Below are positions 26,263 to 38,222 of a stretch of DNA of 64,000 nucleotides, one piece after another; positions within the stretch are counted from its first letter, which is position 1; each line of letters begins with the position of its first letter. The translations under genes and the position numbers were made by a program. This DNA comes from Octopus vulgaris (Eukaryota), in NCBI GenBank assembly GCA_951406725.2, contig OX597830.1, forward strand, positions 23,064,001 to 23,128,000, given 5' to 3'. The notes under the pieces were generated by a model. It saw only the letters and a program-made list of their open reading frames with translations, ran no database searches and was not told where the DNA came from.

Positions 26263-27095
26263 TCAAAACAAAAATTTCAAGAATCAACGAAAACAAAAAA
26301 AAAATTTAAGAAATGGAGTAAAAAGAAAACATAATTTATATATTTTAATTAATTTTTATTTCATGTTATTGTCTTTATAATTAAAAACAACAACAACAAC
26401 GTCAAATATAACAACATTGAGCCTGATTATTTGGTTGCCTAGACAACAGACATAACCATGTGACCTTCATAGTTGGGTTCTAATCAACAACAAGGATGAT
26501 GATGACAGCTGCAACAACAACAAGACCAAGAAGAAGAAGAACAACAACAACAACAAGAGGAAAGAAAACTTGTCTATTTTTTTTTTTTAAATCATTTTAA
26601 TTCCAATATATTTTTGTTATATTACATCTAGTTGAATTCAATGTCTTAGAGGTAGTTCTTACTTCTCCCCTCCCCATCTTTTTGTGAATAATTTGTAAAC
26701 TTGTAAAGTGGAATAATAACGATAAGATAATAATAATAATAATGATAATAATAAGATGGAAGGAGAATTGGAAGAAGGCAAAAGAGGAAAAGAAGAAAAA
26801 GAAGATAAAGATAATTGGAGGAAGGCTAAGAAGAAGAAGAAAGAAAGGTGAAGAGGAGGGGGAAGAGAAAAAGAAAGATAATAATAATACTTTCTACTAA
26901 AGGCACAAGAACTGAAATTTTGGGGAAGAGGACTAGATGATTACATTGACTCCCGTACTCAACTTAATTTATCGACCCCAAAAGGATGAAAAGCAAAGTT
27001 GATCATGGCAGAATTTGAGCTCAGAATGTAGTGGCAGACAAAATACCACTAAGCATTTCGACCGGCATGCTAACGATTCTGCCAGCTCGCCACCT

Positions 27096-27140
<45 letters not shown>

Positions 27141-27741
27141 TGATGGCATGCATTGCTCTCTCATTCAATAATAATAATAATAATGATAATAATAATAATA
27201 ACAGTATAATAATGGTTTCAAATTTTGGCACAAGGCCAGCAGTTTTTGAGTGGGATGGGGAAGTCGATTACACTGACTACCACCACCTGACTGGCACCCA
27301 TTTTATCGACGCCCCAAAAGGACAAAAGGCAAAGTTCACCTTGGGGACATCTGAACTCAGAACACAAAGATGGGCAAAATTCCATCAAGCATTTTACCCC
27401 ATGTGCCTGACCACCATCACCATCACCTCCACCGCCGCCATCACCAAGTAATGTTTACATCCTGATATTCTAAGTGGTGAGATTTTTCTTTACTACTGAT
27501 CATCTGATGCTATCATTACTATTATCTCGTGTTTTATATTATTACATACTTTAGATATCATTTCATTTGATTATATCAAGTTTCATATCATTACCTAATT
27601 ACTCACTACCACATGTTTTAGGATTTATAGCATATATTCCATGTCAACATCTGTTTTACAACAAATTTCATGCTAGCATTTGTTCTCTAACATATTTCAT
27701 GTTATCATCTGTTTTATATAACATTTCAAGCTAACACCTGC

Positions 27742-28193
27742 TTTAACGATTAAGCATTCAAATTACTCTGTCAAATGTAATGCTTGTAAATTAAAAATTG
27801 CTTCAAATTAATCATGCATTATATTGTCACTCCAAGATTTTGATGAAGTGGTTGTTTACTTTTAGAAGGACATTGTAGGGTAGGTGTGAGAAGCCAAATC
27901 TGGTCAACTCGAACATAAATCTGGTCAACTTAAACATTTCTTCATGCTAAGAGTTGCTGAAGTATGGAACGAACTGCCGGCATCAGTTGTTAGTTGTCAG
28001 AGCACTGCATCCTTCAAAACTTCCATGCTTTCTGAGATTCGCCAACACTACACCTGATTTTCCCCTCCATACACATGCAAGCATGTATCTGACTCATACA
28101 CTGTTCACTTCCCAGACATTTGTACATTACTGCATATGCTTTATATGCACTTTTGACAAGTTATGGTGCACCTGAGCACTGTATACAATAATT

Positions 28194-28240
<47 letters not shown>

Positions 28241-28290
28241 CAGTAGAATATCTGGGTTGGATATGGCTGGCTTAAATACTAGAGGATTAA
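27742..28290. mobile_element. piggyBac-like non-autonomous element (TTAA ends) interrupted by a CR1 3' end
   Basis: ttaacgattaagcattc ... aatactagaggattaa, a degenerate version of TTAA-ccctttagcatt / aatgctaaaggg-TTAA. Confidence 0.5.
27935..28238 (+). mobile_element. CR1-type LINE 3' end with 3' UTR and (TAT)n tail
   Basis: HFFMLRVAEVWNELPASVVSCQSTASFKTSMLSEIRQHYT* matches the CR1 pattern FF..RV...WN.LP..VV...S...FK. Confidence 0.85.
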
Positions 28291-28494
28291 GCCATATTTC
28301 ATGCTTGTAAATGTTTTCTATCATTAAGGCCCATTTTCATCTTTTCTATGTTTCAAGTTACCATCTGTCTTATATAGCATTTTATGTTTACAGGTGCTTT
28401 AAGCTATATTTCATGCTCCTATCTGCTTTATATCATTAAGGCCTATTTTCAGCTAATTTATATATTCCATGCTATCATCTTCTTTTTTATAAAA

Positions 28495-28820
28495 GGAAGC
28501 TGAATCAGATGGCAGAATTGCAGGTGCTGGCACAGAGATGAGCCAGCTGCAGCATTTGATCTTCAGAAGAGAAGTTATTAAAAAGAGCCAAACTTGTTAT
28601 CTTCAGTTAGGTTTACATGCCTATCATCGCATCCCCCCCCCGCCCCATCAATGTTGGGTAATGACTGAAAGAGTGTGATCATGAATACATGTGGCCAAAA
28701 CGGGCTCCGTTCAAAGGAACTCTGGTGTAATGCTACTTGATTGGATGTATAGCTCAGAGATGAGGGAGTCTCTCCAGGTCAAGCCTCTGCTTCTCTGCAT
28801 TGAGAGGTCATAGCTGTGGT
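28495..28820 (+). mobile_element. RTE-clade LINE fragment
   Basis: EAESDGRIAGAG...; WVMTERV*S*IHVAKTGSVQRNSGVMLLDWMYSSEMRESLQVKPLLLCIERS*LW matches RTE/Expander-like WVMTER.RSRI.AAEM.FLRR..G..L.DR.RSS.IRE.L.VEPLLL.IERSQLRW. Confidence 0.85.
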
Positions 28821-28822
28821 AC

Positions 28823-28879
<57 letters not shown>

Positions 28880-29080
28880 CTCTTTTACTTGTTTCAGTCA
28901 TTTGACTGTGGCTATGTTGGAGCACTGGCTTTTAGTCGAGCAAATCGACCCCAGGACTTATTCTTTGTAAGCCTAGTAGTGATTCTATCGGACTCTTTTG
29001 CCGAACCGTTAAGTTACGGGAACATAAACACACGAGCACCAGTTGTCAAGTGATGTTGGGGGACAAACACAGACACACAA

Positions 29081-29127
<47 letters not shown>

Positions 29128-29313
29128 CACACACACACACACATCTATACACATATATATGACGAACTTCTTTCAGTTTCCGTCTACCGAATCCACACAC
29201 AAGGCTTTGGTCTTTGGTCGGCCCGAGGCTATAGTAGAAGACACTTGCCGAAGGTGCCATGCAGTGGGACTGTACCTGGAACCATGTGGGTCATAAGCAA
29301 GCTACTTACTACA
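28880..29313 (-). mobile_element. SINE family A
   Basis: Matches the other family A copies. Confidence 0.85.
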
Positions 29314-30076
29314 TGATTAGGTTAGAAGCAATCTTTATTAACACACACACAGGTATGTAAATATGTTGATATATGTGAAAGGTAACAGGTAAATATCCAC
29401 GTCTGATTAGGTTATAAGCAATTTCTACAGAGCGTAAGTAAAAATTAAAAACGGTAAATAAAAACATGTCATATCCATTACGTACGTAAGAAGCATTCAT
29501 CACATGACACAAAACTAAGATCAAGTTACATAAGCTTAAAAAAAAAAAACAAAAACGCCCCCACAAGACCAGCTCTAAAGGATAAGTTTATAACCAAAAT
29601 TTACAACAACAAAAAAAAATATTAATAATGATTATGATAACAATGATAAAATAATAAAACATATATTTTACATATATATTCAAAGTGGTTTTAAAATATA
29701 TAAAGTTTTTATAGTACTTCAAAGCAAGAAAGTTTTATATCAGTAATGTAGCTTGAGTGTAGTGTGTAACAGCAATATGTTAAGAAAACATTAAAATATA
29801 TTAAGAAAACATTGATATGATCTTCTCATTGAATTAGGTTGTGAGAAAATTGAAATTTGATAACACTGTATCAATATAATGGAGGCAAGAAAGCCGAAGT
29901 TAATGAATATTGAACATATCGAGTGCATCAGATTGTTGGCTGTGTGGTAATATACGTATATCTACATTGGCGGAAATATATCAATATGTTGCAATGAGTA
30001 AAACAATATGTAAAAATTATAATGATGGACCTAACTATATATACAATAAATTTATATATATATATATATGTATATA

Positions 30077-30486
30077 GGTGCAGGAGTGGCTGTGTGGTAA
30101 GTAGCTTGCTTACAAACCATATGGTTCTGTGTTCATTCCCACTGTGTGGCACCTTGGGTGAGTATGTTCTACTATAGCCTCGGGCTGACCAAAGCCTTGT
30201 GAGCGGATTTGGTAGACGGAAACTGAAAGAAGCCTGTTGTATATATGTGCATATATATGTATGTGTGTGTGTATATGTTTGTGTGTCTGTGTTTGTCCCC
30301 CACAACATCACTTGACAGCCAATGGTGGTGTGTTTACGTCCCCCATAACTTAGCGGTTCGGCAAAAGAGACTGATAGAATAAGTACTAGGATTACAAAGA
30401 AAAAGTCCTAGGGTCGAATTGCTCAACTAAGGGTGGTACTCCAGCATGGCCGCAGTCAAATGACTGAAACAAGTAAAAGTATAAAA

Positions 30487-30488
<2 letters not shown>
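30077..30488 (+). mobile_element. SINE family A, full-length
   Basis: ggtgcaggagtggctgtgtggtaagtagc ... gactgaaacaagtaaaag. Confidence 0.85.
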
Positions 30489-30534
<46 letters not shown>

Positions 30535-31035
30535 ATGATGATAAGCACAGCTATGTGGTTATGAAGTAAGTGTCTCAACCACATGGTTCCAGGTTCAGTC
30601 CCACTGTGTGGCATGTTAGCAAGTGCTTTCTACTGCAACCCTAGGTCAAACCAAAACCTTGTGAGTGGATGTGGTAAATGGAAACTGAAACAAGCCCGAT
30701 AATGAGAATTTTTGGTATTATTTATTCTCCATTACATGTGTTTCATTTTCCAAAACGATACACAAAGACTTACATGTTACATTGACATGTAAATCTTTGT
30801 AATTCCTATTAGCAACTGACACATGTGAAAACGAGAATAAATACGAACAAAAGAATTCCATTTTTCCTGAATTGTTATACAATAATTCAGCAAATAACAT
30901 TTCCATAATTCTCAATTTTAACGTGTATTTTGATTGATTAACATACAACAGTAACTATGGATACATATTGATCGTAATAATGGATTAAGTAGAAGTGTTG
31001 CAAGAAGAAACAGCTGGGATATATATATATATATA

Positions 31036-31345
31036 TGGAGGCGCAATGGCCCAGTGGTTAGGGCAGCAAACTCGCGGTTTCAATTCCCAGCCCGGGTGTT
31101 GTGTGTGTTTATTGAGCGAAAACACCTAAAAGCTCCACGAGGCTCCGGCAGGGGGTGGTGGTGGTGGTGGCGACCACTGTTGTATTCTTTTGCCCCAACT
31201 TTCTCTCACTCTCTCTCTCTTCCTGTTTCTTGAGTAACGCTGTGATGGACTGGCGTCACGTCCAGGTGGGGGGAACACATACGCCACCGAAACCAGGAAA
31301 CTGGACCCATGAGCCTGGCTGGGCTTGAAAATGGCGCATAAATAA
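31036..31345 (+). mobile_element. tRNA-derived SINE with the family D head but a different 3' half
   Basis: ggaggcgcaatggcccagtggttagggcagc...cacctaaaagctccacgaggctccggcagg is shared with 50182 up to ...cttcctgtttct, then the sequences diverge. Confidence 0.8.
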
Positions 31346-31609
31346 ATAAATATATATATATATATATAAATATATATATATGCACACACACACACACACA
31401 TGTGTGCGCATGGGTATGTGTGTGTATACTTGTGTTCATTGTCTTACCAACACATAATAGCTCTTAGCAAGCATCACTATCATACAATCACTGTCCTTTA
31501 TTTCCAGTTCTCCATGGAACCATGACTACTCTTTGGGAAATATCAGCTTGAATGGAACTATAACTGATTTGGTTCTTCCACTACTTGGTCAATATACATA
31601 CATACATTC

Positions 31610-31999
31610 TTTTATTCTTTTACTTGCTTCAGTCATTTGATTTCAGCCATGCTGGAGCACTACCTTTAGTCAAGCAAATTAACCCCAGGACTCATTCTTT
31701 CTAAGCTTTAGTACTTATTCTATTGGTCTCTTTTGCTGAACTGCTAAGTTACAGGGATGTAAGCACACCAGCATTGGTTGTCAAATGATGTTGGTGGAGA
31801 CATATACAGACACACAAACATATATGTATACTTACTTACATACAGACATACATATATGACGGGCTTCTTTCAGTTTCTATCTACCAAATCCACTCACAAG
31901 GCTTTAAAAAACACTTGTCCAAGGTGCCATGCACTGGGACTGAACCTGGAACCATGTGGTTGTGAAGCAAGCTTCTCACCACCCAACCACTCTTGCGCC
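31610..31999 (-). mobile_element. SINE family A
   Basis: Matches the other family A copies. Confidence 0.8.
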
Positions 32000-32469
32000 T
32001 ACACACACATTATATATAATATAATTACTCGGGGTTGAAAGCTGGTGACCTTTATGTAGTAAAACACACAAAAAATAAGCGAAACACAGGCATGCGACTG
32101 AGTTGAAGGCAGATCTAAATCTGCCATTATAGCACATAAAGAAAATGGTGTTGTAGAAGTGTATGCAACACGTGAACTGCAGCTGATCGTGCGTAGTTTA
32201 AATACTGAGATTGCAAAGCAGGCACGAATTAGCCAACCTAATCTACAAAAAAAAAAAAAAATATTTTGCATTCTATGCATAGTAATCAGAGTAACCTTCA
32301 TAATTTTAATGAATTAGGTGCGTATTTTGCCATAAAAGGAAAATGCTGCTATCGATCTATTTTATTCAAAGTAGGCACTGCCTACGTTGCCTACCTAGGC
32401 AGCACATCCTTGGTATATATATATATATATATATATACAGTTTTGGAATAATAAAAAGAAGCAAAGTAG

Positions 32470-32616
32470 ATATTTAACAGATGATTCCTACAGCTGTTTC
32501 ACTGGACAGGTTAAAATATCATCATTTATATTACTACATAATCATTATACATATTATACATGACTAGTTAATTAAACGATGGCTAAACTGTATCATCAGG
32601 ATGAAATGTTGAAATA
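32470..32616 (-). ncRNA. Minimal type-I hammerhead ribozyme motif with a long stem-II insert
   Basis: Minus strand: CTGATGA (32599-32593), a ~90-nt insert, then GAAAC-AGCT-GTA (32500-32489). The core is intact and stem III is the palindrome ACAGCTGT. Stems I and II are imperfect. Confidence 0.55.
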
Positions 32617-32625
32617 TATATATAT

Positions 32626-32893
32626 AAAACAATTGCAGTGTGGAAAGTATTTATAACCCATTTAAGAAACACACAAAAACATTCACTTCAACATTTAAAT
32701 TTAATTTGCCAAAATATTTTCGTCGCTTTGAGACCGCAACCTGTTCCCTGACAAAATTCCGTGATGCAGCACAGAATTTTGTCAGTGAACAGGTCACGGT
32801 CTCAAAATGACGAAAATAATGTTGAAGTGAATCTAACTGTTTTTGTGTGTTTCCTAAATGGCTTATAAACACCTCCCACGCTGCAATTGTTTT
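32626..32893. repeat. 268-bp fold-back palindrome, Penelope-like remnant
   Basis: aaaacaattgcag...gaaacacacaaaaaca...ctgacaaaattc pairs with gaattttgtcag...tgtttttgtgtgtttc...ctgcaattgtttt; preceded by (TA)n. Confidence 0.85.
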
Positions 32894-33165
32894 CGTTCCA
32901 GCACACGATCACAGATCAGGTCACTTGCTATGCAAGTACATCTCTGTAATATATATATATATATTAGTAACAACATGTATGTATATGATTGTGTTTATAG
33001 ACTACTCTATGAAACACACAAAAACAGATTCTATATATAAATTTAATTTGCCAAAACCTTATTACTGACTAGATGTACCCCGCCCCTTCATTCTAGCAGC
33101 AGCTATCAGCCATTGATACAACTTTACCTAAAAAAACATAGCTCTTCAGTCAAACAATGTTTTTA

Positions 33166-33573
33166 AGAGACCTTAATTCTATTTCTGTCTCCATTATTTT
33201 TATCTATAGTCTCATATATTTTAAAAATTATCTTTCCTCTTTTTACAATTATTCTTAAACTGTCGGCCTCTTTTGAATTGACCAGCAATGTACGTACTTA
33301 CGTATGTATATATGTATGTATGTATTTATGTATGTATGTTTCTATGCATCACACACCATGTTTTTCAGAGACCTTAATTCTATTTCTGTCTCCATTATTT
33401 TTATCTATAGTATCATATATTTTAAAACCACCTGCTAATCTTTCCTCTTTTTTTCAACATTATTCTTAAACTGTCGGCCTCTTTTGAATTGACTGTAAAT
33501 GTACATACGTACTTACGTATGTATATATGTATGTATGTATTTATGTATGTATGTTTCTATGCATCACACACCA
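33166..33573. repeat. Direct tandem duplication, ~200-bp unit
   Basis: agagaccttaattctatttctgtctccattatttttatctatagt ... atgcatcacacacca occurs twice (33166-33358 and 33367-33573). Confidence 0.9.
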
Positions 33574-34411
33574 TTTTTAAAGTTATTTTTCAAGTATTTG
33601 TTTCTATAAAGAAAAGGAAAAAAAAAAAAAACCACCTGCTAAACATTCCCTTTTCAACATTATTCTCTTGCCAATTATAAAGTAAATTCTACCACATCCG
33701 TCTATAGAAACTCTCACTTCCTCTCCTCTTCCTCTCCATCCCCTTCTTCTTACTCTCCCTCTCCACACACACACACACACACACACACAATGAGCCTCCT
33801 GAATATAAATATCTAATTCCTTAATTCTCAGAGTCCAATAATTCTCCACTGACATAGAACTAATCAGTTACTGCTTAGTACTTTCAAATCCCTCAGTAAA
33901 ACACACACACACACACATTATTATCAGTCATCTGTAGACAAAAACTAAAACATCTTCACATCATATTTTTTTCAGGACAAAATAATATCAGCTGGCTGCA
34001 AGTCTTCACAAAATGGTTTTTATTTCAGAGATTTCCTTCTCTTAGATGGATTGTCTTCACTGTGGCTGGTGAGCCACCATCTACTCTTGGGTACATTGGA
34101 TAGCTGTTGTCTCTCTCCAGGGTTCCTCCACCTTTTGACAAGTTTTGTTTTTTAACCTGAAGTGTGTCCAAAAAATCACCCGCTTCACTAAGCAAACTAG
34201 GTGGTATTGCTGGTTTAGTTGATGGCAATCTGATCACGCAATAGGTTGTATTGGTTAGGTAGCTCTTGTGCTACCAGTAAAAACTATTTGTTTCACACTT
34301 TCATCCCTTTAAGAGATGAAAGTGTAAAATAAATAGTTGCTTTCTCTCTCACTCACACACAAACGAGTGTGCATTCACATGTAAACATTATATATTTTTT
34401 CTTTTCTTTTT

Positions 34412-34623
34412 TTCTTTTACTGGTTTCAGTAATTTTGACTGCGGCCATGCTGGAGCACCACCTTTTTAGTTGAACAAATCGACCCCAGGACTTATTCTTT
34501 GTAAACCAAGTACTTATTCTATCGGTCACTTTTGCCGAACCGCTAAGTTACAGAGACGTAAACACATCAGCATTGGTTGTCAAGTGATGTTGGGGGAACA
34601 AACACAGACACACAAACATATAT

Positions 34624-34680
<57 letters not shown>

Positions 34681-34840
34681 GGGCCTCTTTCAGTTTCCGT
34701 CTACCAAATCTACTCACAAGACTTTGGTCGGCCCAAGGCTATAGTAGAAGACACTTACCCAAAGTGCCATGCAGTGGGACTGAACCCGGAACCATGTGGT
34801 TGGTAAGCAAGCTACTTACCACACAGCCACTCCTGCGCCT
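34412..34840 (-). mobile_element. SINE family A, full-length
   Basis: Matches the other family A copies. Confidence 0.85.
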
Positions 34841-35039
34841 ATCTATAATAATAAATATGAAATTCTGTTTGTCTTTCTGCCTGGGACTCCTGTGTTTCAG
34901 TCTACATAGACACATGATATCTTTTTGGAAACAGAATGATCCCAAGATTGAAAATCTGCCCTTTATTTGGTTCTCAAACATCCAGCATTGGGATCAAGTC
35001 TGGATGAGGATTTGTTATACGTTAACAGATGAAAACTCA

Positions 35040-35374
35040 ATGGTCGGATGGTGCTTTTTTCGTGTGACACTGGCACGGAGGTCAGTCAGACGGCGCTGGC
35101 TCCGAACATGGCCGTAGCCAGCGCTGTCTGACTGGCCTCCATGCCGGTGGCACATAAAAAGCACCATCCGTTCGTGGCCGTTTGCCAGCCTTGTCTGGCA
35201 CCTGTGCCGGTGGCACGTAAAAAGCATCCACTACACTCACGGAGTGGTTGGCATTAGGAAGGGCATCCAGCTGTAGAAACACTGCCAGTTCAGACTGGGC
35301 CTGGTGCAGCCTTCTGGCTTCCCAGACCCCAGTTGAACCGTCCAACCCATGCCAGCATGGAAAGCGGACGTTAA

Positions 35375-35404
<30 letters not shown>
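35040..35404 (+). mobile_element. SINE family C with (GAT)n tail
   Basis: Reverse-complement match to 18098-18400. Confidence 0.8.
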
Positions 35405-35407
<3 letters not shown>

Positions 35408-35562
35408 TCCAAACATTTGTGAACTTACAAATTTTTCATTTAATCTGAATTTAGAGTAATACCATATTGGTAGGGTACCAATAAATGCTTTATCATTATT
35501 ATTATTGCTCTCTTTGGTTTTGGGGTGCAGGTCCAATTAGCCCTCTGCAGGAGCAAGTTTAA

Positions 35563-35785
35563 CCCTTTTGTTACCATATTTCTGTTGAGATACTCTGTGT
35601 TTCTTTCAATCAATTTTAAATTATAACAAAGAATTTAGTAAAATAATTTAGTTGTCATTAAGCTAGTGTCAGGAACATAAATTATGACTAAGGTTTGGTG
35701 GAAGATTTTAATTCAGAACTTTTGAAAACAAGACATTTGTACTAGTGAACCAGAAGCGGTTTCAGGTGGGTTGGTATCAAAAGGG
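35563..35785. mobile_element. piggyBac-like MITE with TTAA target-site duplication
   Basis: TTAA|cccttttgttacc ... ggtatcaaaaggg|TTAA (TSD at 35559-35562 and 35786-35789). Confidence 0.85.
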
Positions 35786-35980
35786 TTAAAAGTGTGCATG
35801 GAGTGTGGCTTTTAAGCTAGTTCATTCATACATGTATACAGTCACAGATTTACATTGTGTATTTATTTACACAAAGATACATATATCCAGACACACACAC
35901 TTACAGAAATATCTTTGTAAAGTACTGTTAATAAGAAAAATAATAATGAATAAAAACAACAAAAATCTTGCAAAACTTAC

Positions 35981-36239
35981 CTTTGTAAGGACAGTATCGT
36001 GGAAGACTCTTAGGGTAAAGCTTTCCTTCCTTGTCAAGGCAAGCGACATTTGATATTTCCTGTTTACATAGAATGGTCTTGGCTCGATTCAGAGCTGACC
36101 AAGTGTCTTTGGTTTTGATTTCACATTTTGGCGTGAAGTTAGCTGGCGGGTCTATCACAGGCTTTGGTTGGGCAACTATTTTACCGTTAGGAGGACCTTT
36201 CTCGTTCTCCAAGACATTGCGTGTAAGTACATTTGGCCT
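35981..36239 (-). CDS. XYLT: Internal coding exon of peptide O-xylosyltransferase (XYLT1/2, Drosophila oxt orthologue), stem/N-terminal Cys-rich segment
   Basis: Translation RPNVLTRNVLENEKGPPNGKIVAQPKPVIDPPANFTPKCEIKTKDTWSALNRAKTILCKQEISNVACLDKEGKLYPKSLPRYCPYK(G) matches the xylosyltransferase motif PKC-I-K-A-SAL-RAK---C-QEI---C----G-L-P---R-CP--G (as recalled for human XYLT1: [51 protein letters not shown]). On the minus strand it has a long polypyrimidine tract with ccaacag| acceptor and an AAG|gtaagt donor; 259 nt, phase 0 to phase 1. Confidence 0.92.
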
Positions 36240-36305
36240 CTGTTGGCAAAAGAGAAAAAGAAAAAAAAAAAAAAATTAAATATCTATGTATAATAGATAT
36301 ATATA

Positions 36306-36504
36306 TGATGGGTACTGAAAAGTTCCTGGCTTTAAGGATATCGTGAATGGTCTGGTTGGAGGCCCAATCCTCTGAGCTCTGTTACAGGTCTTAGAAAAAC
36401 TGAAGGACCACTGCAATAAATGTGTGAATGTGAGAGGGGAATAATTAACTGATCCTCCTGTATTTTCTTTTACCCAAAGCCAGGAACTTTTCAGCACCCC
36501 TTTG
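36306..36504. mobile_element. Tc1/mariner-derived MITE
   Basis: TIRs gggtactgaaaagttcctggcttt / aaagccaggaacttttcagcaccc with TA flanks. Confidence 0.85.
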
Positions 36505-36599
36505 TATTGTATGTATATACACACACACACACACATATATATATACATATATTTACACAAACAATATTCTTGTTTACAATTACAGTTGTAGGTCATGCT

Positions 36600-36930
36600 G
36601 GTACCTTCCTGCACTGAAAGGTCACAGCTCTGATACTATGGACATGTGATTAGAATGTTGCAAGAAAGAATTACAAGATCAATTCTTGAAGCTGAGGTAA
36701 CCAATAGGAGATCTTGGGGTAGGTGAAAATAGTTAGGTTATAGCCATAGTCCCAGTTGGTCATACTTCAGAATCCAGACGGAAAGTGTAATGATGGTTGC
36801 TTCTAACAAAACTCTATTGAGGAAGTACCTGAGACACTATTGAGGAAGTACCTGGGACACTATTGAGGAAGTACCTGGGACACTCCCAGAAACAGTGGGC
36901 AACAAAAATGGATGGACAGATGGTCTTCAG
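36600..36930 (+). mobile_element. RTE-clade LINE 3' fragment with a local 22-bp triplication
   Basis: TERSQL*YYGHVIRMLQERITRSILEAEVTNRRSWGR; ctattgaggaagtacctg(a/g)gaca occurs three times at ~36814-36882. Confidence 0.8.
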
Positions 36931-37383
36931 CTACACTGAAGTACTGTCTTTGAGAAATTTAGTTGATTCCATTGATTCCAGCACATATTTAAGTCTGGTA
37001 CTTACTTTATCGATATCTGTTTATCAAATAATCAAGTTATCTTTATGTAAAAGAACGTAACTTGTACCATATTTTGTTACACAAGTCTACATAGACACAT
37101 CTACAGAGACATACAACATGCTTCTGTGGTTTTCTCCCTCCTCTAAACTCCACTCACAAAGAAGAGATCCCTTGGAAGTTACAGTAGAAGATATTTGCAG
37201 TCACATTGGACTCAGAATATACAGATAGATAGATAGAGTGACAGATAAGATAGATAGACAGACAGATAGAGAGACAGATGGATAAATAGAGAGGCAGATA
37301 GAGAGGCAGATAGAGAGACAGATAGATAGACAGACAGACAGACAGAGAGAGAGATAGAGAGACAGAGAGACAGACAGACAGAC

Positions 37384-37414
<31 letters not shown>

Positions 37415-38079
37415 GTGGCCTGTAGGTCTTGGTATCAACTCATCTACTCAATGTTTCACTTTATAGATAAGATATGCCATTTTTTTCAGCCTTTTTTTTT
37501 AGAATTCACCATTTGCAAGGATTGCGTAGGAAAATATCTGATGTGGTTTGATTAGGTTTTAGTAGACCTTTTAGGGAGACCCTCAGGGTTTGTAGCTAAG
37601 TTCAGGTTCATTGTTGCTATGACTGATAGATTACAATCACATCAGTCATTACCCAACATTCATAACTATGACAAGGCAGTGCCCCAGCATGGCCATAATC
37701 TAATCACTGAAACAAGTAAAAGATAGAAGATAAATAGCTAAAGATGGAGGAGCGTAGCTAAGTGGAGGCATATGGCTTAGTGGTTAGTGTGTTGGACTCA
37801 CGACTGTAAGATTGTGGTTTCGATTCCTGGATTGAGCAATGTATTGTTTTCCTGAGCAAAACACTTCATGTTGCTCCAGTTCCCTCAGTTTGCAAAAATG
37901 AGTTTCGCCTAGAGAGGGATTGGTTCCACCAGGCTTTCTCACCTTCCCTATGCTGTATGGCTGCAGTGCCCCAATGACCTCCAAGGGGTTAAGGGACTTG
38001 TCAATGTCAGATAGCTAAAGACAGAGGCATGGAAACCAAATTGATGATACAAGTTTGGCTTTTTTTTTTTTTTTTTTTT

Positions 38080-38222
38080 TACCAATCTCTGCTCTTCTGA
38101 GGATCGAATGCTGGAACTGGCACAGTTACATGCCAGCAGATGTAAATTTAGCTTCCAGTTCAGCCTCCTGCTGCCCATCACTCATGAATATGGCTTTGAG
38201 ATATCCAAACTTCATTACATGC
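38080..38222 (-). mobile_element. RTE-clade LINE fragment
   Basis: VMKFGYLKAIFMSDGQQEAELEAKFTSAGM*LCQFQHSILRRAEI matches the RTE pattern V..FKYLG..F.SDG..E.E...RI..A. Confidence 0.7.

Noticed and set aside
26434-26447. RFX X-box-like GTTGCCTAGACAAC
   Set aside because: Imperfect match with no nearby promoter evidence; expected by chance in 64 kb.
29309-29566. Minus-strand acceptor (ctgtag) with an open phase-1 frame EIAYNLIRRGYLPV
   Set aside because: No XYLT similarity and no convincing donor.
34025-34237. 70-aa minus ORF near the XYLT exon as a possible next exon
   Set aside because: No similarity to WSC or GT14 sequence and no suitable acceptor/donor pair; more likely a repeat fragment.
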